Part shown: in pieces, positions 16,768 through 25,064 of the stretch
How the letters are laid out: every line of letters begins with the position of its first letter
Position numbering within the stretch: position 1 is the first letter of the stretch
DNA from: a virus
Taxonomy: Duplodnaviria; Caudoviricetes
Strand: one strand, 5' to 3'
Virus record (IMG/VR): IMGVR_UViG_3300027766_000001
Length of the DNA stretch: 64,000 nucleotides
Program-made: the position numbers and the translations under genes
The notes under the pieces: generated by a model
Database searches by the model: none
Seen by the model: only the letters and a program-made list of their open reading frames with translations
What the model was told of the DNA's origin: nothing

Positions 16768-17124
16768 ATGAAAACTACGTTCCACCTCACGGACGAGTCG
16801 TTTCGTGAAGACATGGACAAACTGTGGAAAATGATTCGTCGCTTGCGTGATGAGTCACAGTACCACGATGTCAAATTCACGCTGCAGAACTGGGTGCTGA
16901 CGTGTGACGGCACTTTAATCAAGTCCGGTGAAAACCAGGGGACTGATCTGACTGCGCTGTTCCAGATGCTGCCGTTCCCACCGACCAACGGTGACGTGCT
17001 GCAGATCATGGCGGCGTACGGTGTCGATGTTGCCACCGATCTCCCAGCGCGCCTGACCTACACGGTAGACGTCGAGTATACCGAAGGCCCGAAGCCGGCT
17101 GAGTCAGAACCCAACGCATCTTAA
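16768..17124 (+). CDS. small hypothetical protein, same paralog family
   Basis: FTLQNWVLTCDG...TDLTALF; AGGAG SD. Confidence 0.75.
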   Translation: MKTTFHLTDESFREDMDKLWKMIRRLRDESQYHDVKFTLQNWVLTCDGTLIKSGENQGTDLTALFQMLPFPPTNGDVLQIMAAYGVDVATDLPARLTYTVDVEYTEGPKPAESEPNAS

Positions 17125-17125
17125 T

Positions 17126-17179
17126 CGGCATAAAAGAGCCAGGGCTCCCGTCAAGGGCCCTGGACTCTTTATTTATGCA
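17126..17179. terminator. bidirectional-type terminator with GGCATAAA/TTTATGC arms
   Basis: AAAAGAGCCAGGGC...GCCCTGGACTCTTT. Confidence 0.7.
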
Positions 17180-17441
17180 GAGGATAATGAATGAGCAACC
17201 TACCAGCAGCCAACTGACAGGGAAGAACACAAAGCGGAACGATCACTTGTTCTATACAATAGCTTTACATCTTTGTATTCTTAGACATGATATTTAATTA
17301 GTATAATTAGTGGAGATATTATTCTTATTAAATATATATCGTCATAAATATCCTTCTCGTTAGCGTTAGCTCGCTAGAAATCAATAATGACTTCTATACG
17401 AACAGATGAATTAGTTTGATTTTACAAAAGGTAAATTAACC

Positions 17442-18104
17442 ATGAACGAACAATTAGAAAAGATTGTCCAGAACCTGATTGCAACACTGTGTCGCACCGA
17501 GCTGTCAAGCTACCCGACCTTGCAGGTCTATCGCAACAGCATGCGTCTGTTAAAGACCACAGCACACGAAGGTAACTTCTACTCAAGCTTGTTTGACTGG
17601 GTGGAATTTGATGATCCGTATTTAAAGGATCTGCTCAATTGCTTTAATGCCGAAGTGGTCACACTGAATGATCAGATTACCGGGTTGCGTTTACGCAGTC
17701 ATGATTCCAAGCAGCAACCGATTTTCTGGTTACATGCCAACGATCAACTGCGCGGTCAGGCCATGAGCGAGTTCTACGATCAAGTCACCACCTTTATGGA
17801 AAGCATTCCCGAAGGCAGCCCGGCACACGCTCAGCGGATTGACCTGGTGCCGTGTGGTAATTTGATCACCTGGCGCAGTGTGGTGAACCAGATCCGCAAC
17901 AACCCGGCCGATGCGGTGTTTGGTTCCATGAACCATCCACTGCGAGCATTCAGTAGCGGTACCGATCTGTACGTGCGTGCCCGTGATCGCAAAGATCAAA
18001 CCCCGGTGTCGACTAACCCCAACCTTAATCAAGCTGACTTAGAAGAAGACCAGAAGATTTGGTTTTCCATCAAGCGCCCGATGGTGAACACGCAGGTATT
18101 GTAA
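17442..18104 (+). CDS. hypothetical protein (220 aa)
   Basis: AAAGGT SD after an AT-rich intergenic region. Confidence 0.8.
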   Translation: MNEQLEKIVQNLIATLCRTELSSYPTLQVYRNSMRLLKTTAHEGNFYSSLFDWVEFDDPYLKDLLNCFNAEVVTLNDQITGLRLRSHDSKQQPIFWLHANDQLRGQAMSEFYDQVTTFMESIPEGSPAHAQRIDLVPCGNLITWRSVVNQIRNNPADAVFGSMNHPLRAFSSGTDLYVRARDRKDQTPVSTNPNLNQADLEEDQKIWFSIKRPMVNTQVL

Positions 18105-18109
18105 AATTA

Positions 18110-18156
18110 GACATTCGACATCTATTTAATGGCATCTGGGATGTCGATGTCTTTTT
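18110..18156 (+). terminator. putative terminator
   Basis: GACATTCGACATC...GATGTCGATGTC followed by TTTTT. Confidence 0.55.
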
Positions 18157-18170
18157 CCAGGAGATGAATC

Positions 18171-18518
18171 ATGTCAGGTAATAACGATGTAGAAGTGATG
18201 CAGTTGATGGATTACGATCCCAACAATCCCCCGGTGGACGCTGATCAGTTTACTGAAGAGCAGAAGCTGACACAAGACCTCGCAATCCGCGCTGACGCAC
18301 GCTATGCATCGTTTGCCGAAGCATGCCGTGAATTACGTGCCACTTGCAAAGAAAGCCCGGAGAATGCGATTGAGGCGTTCTCTGAGCGTATTGTCATGTT
18401 ACACATGGACGGCCGTGTCCCGTTGGCATCTACAGAACAACACAGCAACATAATGAAGCTGCTGTTAAAAGCCGCATTGGCGAATCTGGTGATCAGCCAA
18501 GATCCAGAACGCCCTTAA
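18171..18518 (+). CDS. hypothetical protein
   Basis: AGGAG SD. Confidence 0.75.
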   Translation: MSGNNDVEVMQLMDYDPNNPPVDADQFTEEQKLTQDLAIRADARYASFAEACRELRATCKESPENAIEAFSERIVMLHMDGRVPLASTEQHSNIMKLLLKAALANLVISQDPERP

Positions 18519-18546
18519 TCAACACAGCAAAAAGGATAACCCAGTT

Positions 18547-19341
18547 ATGTTTATCAGTCATGATGCAAAGCTACTGCACATCGTACGCTTTCGTGGTGAG
18601 CCGTTGATGTACATGACTACGACTGACGATGCTGAATTGTCAGAACGTACGATTAATGAAGAGTTGCGCAATGGGAGCTTTCGTAACCAGGCTTTCCAGA
18701 TGGCCTACGAAGCAAAGAAGACCGAACTCGGTTTGCTTAATCCTCACCCCGCCGAACTCCTGACCCACCAATTCGTGAGCACCGTGGGATTGAGCGGGTT
18801 CGGCACCGGTCACTGGTTACTGCGTGATCTGATCGGTAACAAATACGGTCTTCGTCTGGTTGCCAACATTGGCGACTGGTTAGATGTCGAAGGCTTTATT
18901 GACGTCACCCCGCCCGACCAGGATGCCCGCCGTTATCTGCGTGTCACCGATATCGGCAAGTACTACGACAGCATTGACTGTTTTGAAAAGGGTGTCTACC
19001 CAATCTACATCCTGGCTTGTGAGAACAACCAGATCGTAGCAAACAGTTCTGTTGAAAACCACCGTGATGAACAGCCGAAGACTGTGGGTTACGACCAGGT
19101 TACCTATAAAGGCGATGATGGTCGCACGGTTCTGCTTAGTCACAGCAACGTGTCGATTGACCTGACGGATGATGAAGAGCGTATCATTAAAGATAAGCCG
19201 ATTCATGCTAACGGTCGACTGTACAGCAGCATTGCTCAGTTCGCCATGGCTCGCAATATTCCGACCTGGTTTGTGTTGGAGCAGATCAACGCACCGGCCG
19301 AAGCACGTTACGTTTACTCGCAGGATTGGCGTTTCGTCTAA
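18547..19341 (+). CDS. degenerate GIY-YIG domain protein with C-terminal I-TevI/NUMOD1-like HTH
   Basis: LRNGSFRNQAFQMAYE, VANIGDW, PIHANGRLYSSIAQFAMARNIP. Confidence 0.65.
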   Translation: MFISHDAKLLHIVRFRGEPLMYMTTTDDAELSERTINEELRNGSFRNQAFQMAYEAKKTELGLLNPHPAELLTHQFVSTVGLSGFGTGHWLLRDLIGNKYGLRLVANIGDWLDVEGFIDVTPPDQDARRYLRVTDIGKYYDSIDCFEKGVYPIYILACENNQIVANSSVENHRDEQPKTVGYDQVTYKGDDGRTVLLSHSNVSIDLTDDEERIIKDKPIHANGRLYSSIAQFAMARNIPTWFVLEQINAPAEARYVYSQDWRFV

Positions 19342-19419
19342 CACTGATGGTATGTGGCTATCAGTCTTGACAGAGGACCATTTATGGGTAAGCAATCGAA
19401 ACGCAACAAGGAGACCATT

Positions 19420-20262
19420 GTGTCTGATGAAAACAAACAAAACGAAACCGAGCTCGAGCAGAATGAGTCCGGCAGTGACGCGGCATCTGACGCAACAACT
19501 GCTGAACCAGGGTCCGCGTCCGGTGATGGCGCAGTTTCAGCCAGTGAAGCTGGGAGCGATGACGGCGAAGGCAGCAACGAAGGTGACAGTGTCTCCGTCG
19601 AACCCAATGAATTCGAACACACCGATGAGCCTGGCCCACTGGGTGAACAAGGTGTCGCAGGATCTGATGTCGTAGCCGGTGCCACGGCTGAAGAGATTGC
19701 TGCCGCGGGTGCTGAATCACAGGCCTCCCTAGCGCAAGCTCCTGAGCTGGCTGCCCTTGCACCAGAGACGCCGGTTGTTAAGGAACCGGAAGTTGTAACC
19801 CAGCCTGCACCGATCGTTGCTGCACCGGTGACCGATCACGCCGATGCGATCGTCAATTACATCCGTGCGTACGTAGACAAGATGGATCCGTCTAAGTACA
19901 TGGACGCCAAAACGGGTGTACCAATTCAGAAACGTCTGTACAGCGACCTGACTGAGCTGATGAAGCTTGACTTTATCCAGTTCAAATCCGGCATGGACAA
20001 ACTGCTGACCCTGATCTTTGAATACCGTCATGCGGCGTTCAGCGATCTGTACAGCCGTCGCTTCTTTGAGAACCTGTATCCGTCCATGACGCATGACCAG
20101 GTTCGCGAGTTCGATGAACTTCTGCACATCCTCGTAACGGTAGGCACCCAGTCTAACCGTTCACGTGCAATGTCGCAGATCGATCTCAATGCGGCACTGA
20201 AGTCGGTGAAGAATGCGAAGGCACAGCAGAACATGTCTGCGTACTTCTCAGCACTGCGTTAA
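19420..20262 (+). CDS. protein with acidic low-complexity N-terminus and helical C-terminal domain; possible virion protein
   Basis: GTG 19420 with AAGGAG SD (track start 19354); E/D/S/G/A/P-rich first half. Confidence 0.7.
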   Translation: MSDENKQNETELEQNESGSDAASDATTAEPGSASGDGAVSASEAGSDDGEGSNEGDSVSVEPNEFEHTDEPGPLGEQGVAGSDVVAGATAEEIAAAGAESQASLAQAPELAALAPETPVVKEPEVVTQPAPIVAAPVTDHADAIVNYIRAYVDKMDPSKYMDAKTGVPIQKRLYSDLTELMKLDFIQFKSGMDKLLTLIFEYRHAAFSDLYSRRFFENLYPSMTHDQVREFDELLHILVTVGTQSNRSRAMSQIDLNAALKSVKNAKAQQNMSAYFSALR

Positions 20263-20263
20263 T

Positions 20264-20318
20264 CAGCATAAAGGAGGCACTCTTTCCCTTCGGGGAAAGA
20301 GGCCTCTGTTTTATGCCG
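20264..20318. terminator. bidirectional terminator with GCATAAA/TTTTATGCCG arms
   Basis: GAGGC-ACTCTTTCCC-TTCG-GGGAAAGAG-GCCTC between convergent genes. Confidence 0.85.
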
Positions 20319-20335
20319 TTCTTTTCTTTTTGCTT

Positions 20336-20857
20336 TCAAACTAGGGTGCCGGTGAAGAGCGATGGGACATCATCCACGAATGGGTTGTAGCGCATGATCT
20401 TGCCTACCGTGAAATCGTAGTAAATGAAATCCAGCAAGCGTAACCCCAGATAATCCCCGCTCATGGTAAAGCTTGTGAACCCATTGCGATTAATCCCGGT
20501 AAACCCTGATCGTGTTTCTGGCGTTGAGAACTTCAGTAAGCAATACTGCTGATTACTGAGGATGTATTGGAACACGTCATCATTAGGACACGCATGACGG
20601 GTGATAGGCGCCCAGCGTGAATCATGGGTAAACCAATCTTTGTACGGTGTGCCCCACATGAGAACCGTGGTTTGAGTTATTTTTATACGTGCATATTTCT
20701 CGGCGTAACTGGACCCTGGTGAAGTATCAGTTACGGAACTATTCATTGCTAAATAGCTGCTTTGATTTTGATCAAGCCAAACAAGAAACGCTGGGTAATC
20801 CATATCCGATGCTGGAGCAGCTTTAGACTGTCCATTGTGCAGCAATAACTCTAACAT
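20336..20857 (-). CDS. putative virion structural protein (MLE-tag family, paralog of 20885)
   Basis: MLELLLHNG; shares MWG.PYK, G.NRNG, DFIYYD.T.G.(I/V)MRYNP with its neighbour. Confidence 0.65.
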   Translation of the reverse strand: MLELLLHNGQSKAAPASDMDYPAFLVWLDQNQSSYLAMNSSVTDTSPGSSYAEKYARIKITQTTVLMWGTPYKDWFTHDSRWAPITRHACPNDDVFQYILSNQQYCLLKFSTPETRSGFTGINRNGFTSFTMSGDYLGLRLLDFIYYDFTVGKIMRYNPFVDDVPSLFTGTLV

Positions 20858-20884
20858 ACCTACATCCTTTTAAGTCACCTCAAC

Positions 20885-21382
20885 TCAAGCCGAGATAGTC
20901 AGATCGAAAGGAACAGGAGTGCTATCCGTCAACGGGTTGTACCGCATCACAATCCCTGTTGTTGTATCGTAATAGATAAAGTCATCACAGTATCCACCCT
21001 GGTAGGACGTGTACGAAGGTGAGCTGTATCCGTTACGGTTCACACCCAGGTAGGAACTACGCGTACTGACATACGTGTTTTTAAACAACATGTACCGCTT
21101 AGCCGACACCGCCTCGCTACCGGCAGCAGCACTGGGCAGTGCGTGCTGTATAATACGGTTTACTACAGAGTCATACGTGTAGTAGGTCTTATAAGGCGAC
21201 CCCCACATTGTTCCCTGGAAAGCAGCGGTGAGTTGAACTTTCAGATATCCAGTGCGTGTGCTTGGCGTGCCGGTTAATGACAACTCCGTCATTTTACCAC
21301 TGTTCTGATTCATCCAGGTAAGGAAGTCAGCATAACTTACCCCGGCTACCTTTTGTTTCCCTCCCAACATCATCTCTAACAT
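20885..21382 (-). CDS. putative virion structural protein (MLE-tag family)
   Basis: MLEMMLGG; tandem paralog of 20336. Confidence 0.65.
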   Translation of the reverse strand: MLEMMLGGKQKVAGVSYADFLTWMNQNSGKMTELSLTGTPSTRTGYLKVQLTAAFQGTMWGSPYKTYYTYDSVVNRIIQHALPSAAAGSEAVSAKRYMLFKNTYVSTRSSYLGVNRNGYSSPSYTSYQGGYCDDFIYYDTTTGIVMRYNPLTDSTPVPFDLTISA

Positions 21383-21412
21383 ATCAACGCTCCAAAGGTT
21401 TTCCTCATAACA

Positions 21413-21473
21413 TCGACATAAAGCCCTCTGACTCCTCGTTAGAGAAGCCAGAGGTCCAACCGACTTTATGCGG
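21413..21473 (-). terminator. terminator with TTTATG(T/C)CG arms downstream of the polymerase gene
   Basis: CCTCTG...CAGAGG stem, flanked by CGACATAAA and TTTATGCG. Confidence 0.6.
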
Positions 21474-23190
21474 CGTCTAAGTAGTTAAATTCGAGGTTGT
21501 TTTCTTCAGCGTACGATTTAGCCAGTGTCGCCAGGTTCGGTGCTTGGTACACCATCCTTGCTAATTCGCCAGCATTGTTGAAACCACCGGCGGCCAAGTT
21601 CACGGCAACTTGACGGTACTGCGTATCATCCAGTCCTTCGATCTTCGTCATCTCAATCCACGTAGTCTGTTTCCCTACGTTCATGATAACCGTACCCGAT
21701 GGATATGCCCCTTCTACATCGATGTCGTTCGTTGAAGTGCGGACATACGACAACACGTTCGGCAGCTCTTGGAACATTGCCTTACCGTTGTTCGCAACCA
21801 ACTCGGTTGGCAGCATAACAATCCAACCACCCAGACCTTGCAGGTTATCATCAAGATCGGTACGCATCTGATCCGACGTAGTACCCCAGACATAACCCTC
21901 TTTGATCACGTCATAGTGCATGGCTTCGGCAATACGGGTTGGCTGTGAGGTAAAGTTACGATAGTCAGATACACCACAGAACGCGGGCACCGCCATTGAC
22001 AGGTCATTGGTGACCTCATCCATCATCTCAACCACAATGCAGTCAAACAAGTTATACACGACGTATTCGTACTTGTACGTGGTCTGCATCAGTTCGTGTA
22101 AGTCAAGCCCGTGATACCCTTCGGCCTCTTTGAACGAAAGCTTACCAATCCCATCAAGGACTTTGCTGGCAATGTAATCAAGCTTGTAGTTCAGCTCTTT
22201 ACCTTTAGCCGTACGCAGATAGTAGTACGCACACATGGAGTCAGCCCAGCGGAACGACGCCGGTGCATTCACATACGGCCATTTCTCGTAGTTAGCCAGC
22301 GGACGTTTAGTTTCCTTGATCCCGTCGTTCTTCACCTGGTGGGTTTTACCCTGGAAGTATTTGACGTTACGGTATTCTTTCGGTACCGAGGGATCACAGT
22401 AAACATCTTCGGGATTGACACCTGCCATTTCCAGACAGTTGGTAATCACCTGATAATCAAAGTCCAAGCTGTTCCAGCCGGTCATCCAGTCAGGCTTCCA
22501 TTCGTGGGCACGGGCAAACAATTTCACAAAGCCATCAGCCGGATGGTCCACTAACTCGAACTCCATTTTCAAGTTACGTGCCTGGATCACTTCACCGATG
22601 TGTTTGTGTGCACACTCATGCAACTTACGAATGATGTCCTCGTCTTTCTCCCCTGGGAAGAAGCGACGCACCACAAAGGTATACGAGCGGTCTTTAAACG
22701 ACAGCGTACACATCAGCGGTTGGTTCTTGAATTCTTCGTTGACCACATCGGTCTCGATATCGATAACGCTGACCGAGTAGGCTGACATGTTAACATCAGG
22801 GAACTGGGATTCGTAGCGTGCTTTAATAATCGAGGTCGGTTCAATGTCCGCACCGTACACATACGGACTACGACAGATCTGTTTCAGAGGTAGCGAGGTT
22901 GCACCTTTACCTAACGAACGACTGATGTGGTTGGCCAGGTTCCACTGCGGGGTAGAGAACTTCTGCAGCTTCTTCAGCTCTTCGTAATCTTTCTTATCCT
23001 GGTGATCACGAAATGCTTCACGGGTCAAGTAATAATCACGCGGCATGTCTTTTAAGATACGCGTATTCGGTGTGCGATCACCGTTAGGCTGAATGATGTT
23101 CTCTTTCACAAACAGGATATCAGACTTCCCTGACTTGCTTTGGCTGTACATTGCGAACTTACATTCGAATTTTAATTGGTCGTTGCTCAT
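21466..23190 (-). CDS. family-B DNA polymerase, exonuclease + motif A subunit (phiKZ gp82-like)
   Basis: Exo I VIDIETD, Exo II GWNSLDFD, Exo III YVVYNLFD, and C-terminal DIDVEGAYPS = PolB motif A; motifs B/C absent. Confidence 0.85.
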   Translation of the reverse strand: MSNDQLKFECKFAMYSQSKSGKSDILFVKENIIQPNGDRTPNTRILKDMPRDYYLTREAFRDHQDKKDYEELKKLQKFSTPQWNLANHISRSLGKGATSLPLKQICRSPYVYGADIEPTSIIKARYESQFPDVNMSAYSVSVIDIETDVVNEEFKNQPLMCTLSFKDRSYTFVVRRFFPGEKDEDIIRKLHECAHKHIGEVIQARNLKMEFELVDHPADGFVKLFARAHEWKPDWMTGWNSLDFDYQVITNCLEMAGVNPEDVYCDPSVPKEYRNVKYFQGKTHQVKNDGIKETKRPLANYEKWPYVNAPASFRWADSMCAYYYLRTAKGKELNYKLDYIASKVLDGIGKLSFKEAEGYHGLDLHELMQTTYKYEYVVYNLFDCIVVEMMDEVTNDLSMAVPAFCGVSDYRNFTSQPTRIAEAMHYDVIKEGYVWGTTSDQMRTDLDDNLQGLGGWIVMLPTELVANNGKAMFQELPNVLSYVRTSTNDIDVEGAYPSGTVIMNVGKQTTWIEMTKIEGLDDTQYRQVAVNLAAGGFNNAGELARMVYQAPNLATLAKSYAEENNLEFNYLDAA

Positions 23191-23289
23191 GCGGTTTCTA
23201 ATCCTATGTCAACAAGGGTCGTTACAGCACCCTTCTAAGAAGGCTATAACATCACTGGCCGCATTATCTTTTTACACAGGAGAACACCC

Positions 23290-24546
23290 ATGCAACTTGG
23301 CAGTGGCTTAGAAGCCATCGCATTCCAACGCACCCGGCCGCTGTTTAAGCTGCTCACTGCTGAAGTGCAGAAGCTGATGGACCAGATGAAGGCGGATGAC
23401 GTTGTCGTATTAACTGATAAAATGTTAGCCGGTACTAAGATCGCTGAACTGTTGCAGGTGGGTAGCGGGTTTAAAAAGATTACGCTTGTTGCAGACCAGT
23501 CGGCACCGATCAACGCCTTCACTAACCTGATCACCCTGAGTAACATGCATGCGTTTCATGATAGCTTTACCCGCATGGTAATCAGCCAAGCCGATGCTTA
23601 CAATTTGTTCCGTCAATGTAACAACGTGCTGCAAGGTCAGGTCGATCTGGAAACCGGTACCGTCAGCGGTGACTTCGCCAAGATCCCGATCACCATTGGG
23701 ATGGGTAGTCAGATGTTGAATCCGAAATACGGGTTCACTGCTGAAGAGATCGCAGCGGTGTATCTGCATGAGGCTGGGCATGATGTTACCTATTGTTATG
23801 CGCTCCATTACACCTGTACTACCAACCTGGTGTTGCAGCTGGGTGCTAAGGCCATTGTCGCTGCAGATGATGTTAAGCAAAAGCACGCTATCATGTCAGA
23901 CGTGGCCAACACGTTGGGTATCCGTATTGATAACATGGCTGACCTCACGAACTATGACAAGTTCGAGAATTACTACATCACCATGCTCAGCCTTTACCGT
24001 AAGAAAGTCTACGATGCATTGGGTGCGCCGTCTTACAGTTCGAATATGTCAGAGCAGATGGCTGATATGTACGCTGCACGCCACGGCGCGGGTAATGCGT
24101 TGGTGTCGGGCCTCAACCGTATGAACAAGTTGTTTGTTCCTACGTTTAAACAGAAGCTCGAGTACAACTTAAAGACAACGCTTGCTTTCATTCTGTTTAT
24201 GCCGTTTGTGATTCCAATGATGGTTGTGGGTCTACTGACCAATGACTTTATTGCGGGGACTTACGATCTGGATAAAGACCGTTTCATTCGTATTCGTAAT
24301 GAGGCGATTGCCAGCCTGAAGGACACCCAGCTCACGGCTTCAGAGAAGAGAACCATTCTCAATGAAATCGAGCAGATGAACAAAATCATTGCCGAGACAG
24401 ACAACGATTGGTCTGTGCCGGGTCGCATTGCTATTTTAATTCGCAGCAGTCAACGTGACCAGATGCGTAACAAACGTCTGCAGCAAGACCTCGAAGCTTT
24501 GTTAAACAACCCGCTGTACGCCACAGCAGCCAAATACTCCGTATAA
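23290..24546 (+). CDS. virion head protein (phiKZ gp83-like by synteny) with M48-like HExxH metallopeptidase motif
   Basis: N-terminal SGLE-A cleavage-type site; YLHEAGH; SEQMADMYAARHGAG; hydrophobic segment LAFILFMPFVIPMMVVGLL. Confidence 0.65.
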   Translation: MQLGSGLEAIAFQRTRPLFKLLTAEVQKLMDQMKADDVVVLTDKMLAGTKIAELLQVGSGFKKITLVADQSAPINAFTNLITLSNMHAFHDSFTRMVISQADAYNLFRQCNNVLQGQVDLETGTVSGDFAKIPITIGMGSQMLNPKYGFTAEEIAAVYLHEAGHDVTYCYALHYTCTTNLVLQLGAKAIVAADDVKQKHAIMSDVANTLGIRIDNMADLTNYDKFENYYITMLSLYRKKVYDALGAPSYSSNMSEQMADMYAARHGAGNALVSGLNRMNKLFVPTFKQKLEYNLKTTLAFILFMPFVIPMMVVGLLTNDFIAGTYDLDKDRFIRIRNEAIASLKDTQLTASEKRTILNEIEQMNKIIAETDNDWSVPGRIAILIRSSQRDQMRNKRLQQDLEALLNNPLYATAAKYSV

Positions 24547-24551
24547 AGGAA

Positions 24552-25055
24552 ATGAAGATGATCATCGTAAATGCAACAACTTTAAAAGCCAACGTCATTG
24601 CTGTGCGCGGTATGGGTGAGATCCCGTCAACCCTGCGTGAAGATCTGGTGATCTTTGGTCTGGCCCGTGTGATTGCGTACGGCACTGCAATTCCACCTGA
24701 GCCGGTGGCTAACCCGGTTGCGTTCTTTGATGAGAACTCCGGTGAAGTCAAAGCAACCGTTGCCCAGGTTAACGAGAACACCGTGCTGAACCTGCGTAAA
24801 GTGGTTGAGCTTGCCGGTGTGATCTACCGTGCCCGTTACGATATGGTGCACAACTCTCTGAGCCAACCGGCGCAGGCACTCTGTCAGCAGGCACTGGTCG
24901 CCAGCGGTCAGTACAACTTCCCGCAGGCTATCGCCGATGCACTGTCGCAGTCTGAACAGTCTGATGACCTGGGTCGCTCCATTGGCTTCGCTCTGAACCT
25001 CTTTGCTGTTATCAGCGTACCGGGTGCAGGCGACGTTACCACTGACGAAGAGTAA
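24552..25055 (+). CDS. putative virion head protein
   Basis: Second gene of the head operon; synteny with phiKZ gp84 / SPN3US gp46 region. Confidence 0.6.
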   Translation: MKMIIVNATTLKANVIAVRGMGEIPSTLREDLVIFGLARVIAYGTAIPPEPVANPVAFFDENSGEVKATVAQVNENTVLNLRKVVELAGVIYRARYDMVHNSLSQPAQALCQQALVASGQYNFPQAIADALSQSEQSDDLGRSIGFALNLFAVISVPGAGDVTTDEE

Positions 25056-25064
25056 GAGGTTGCC

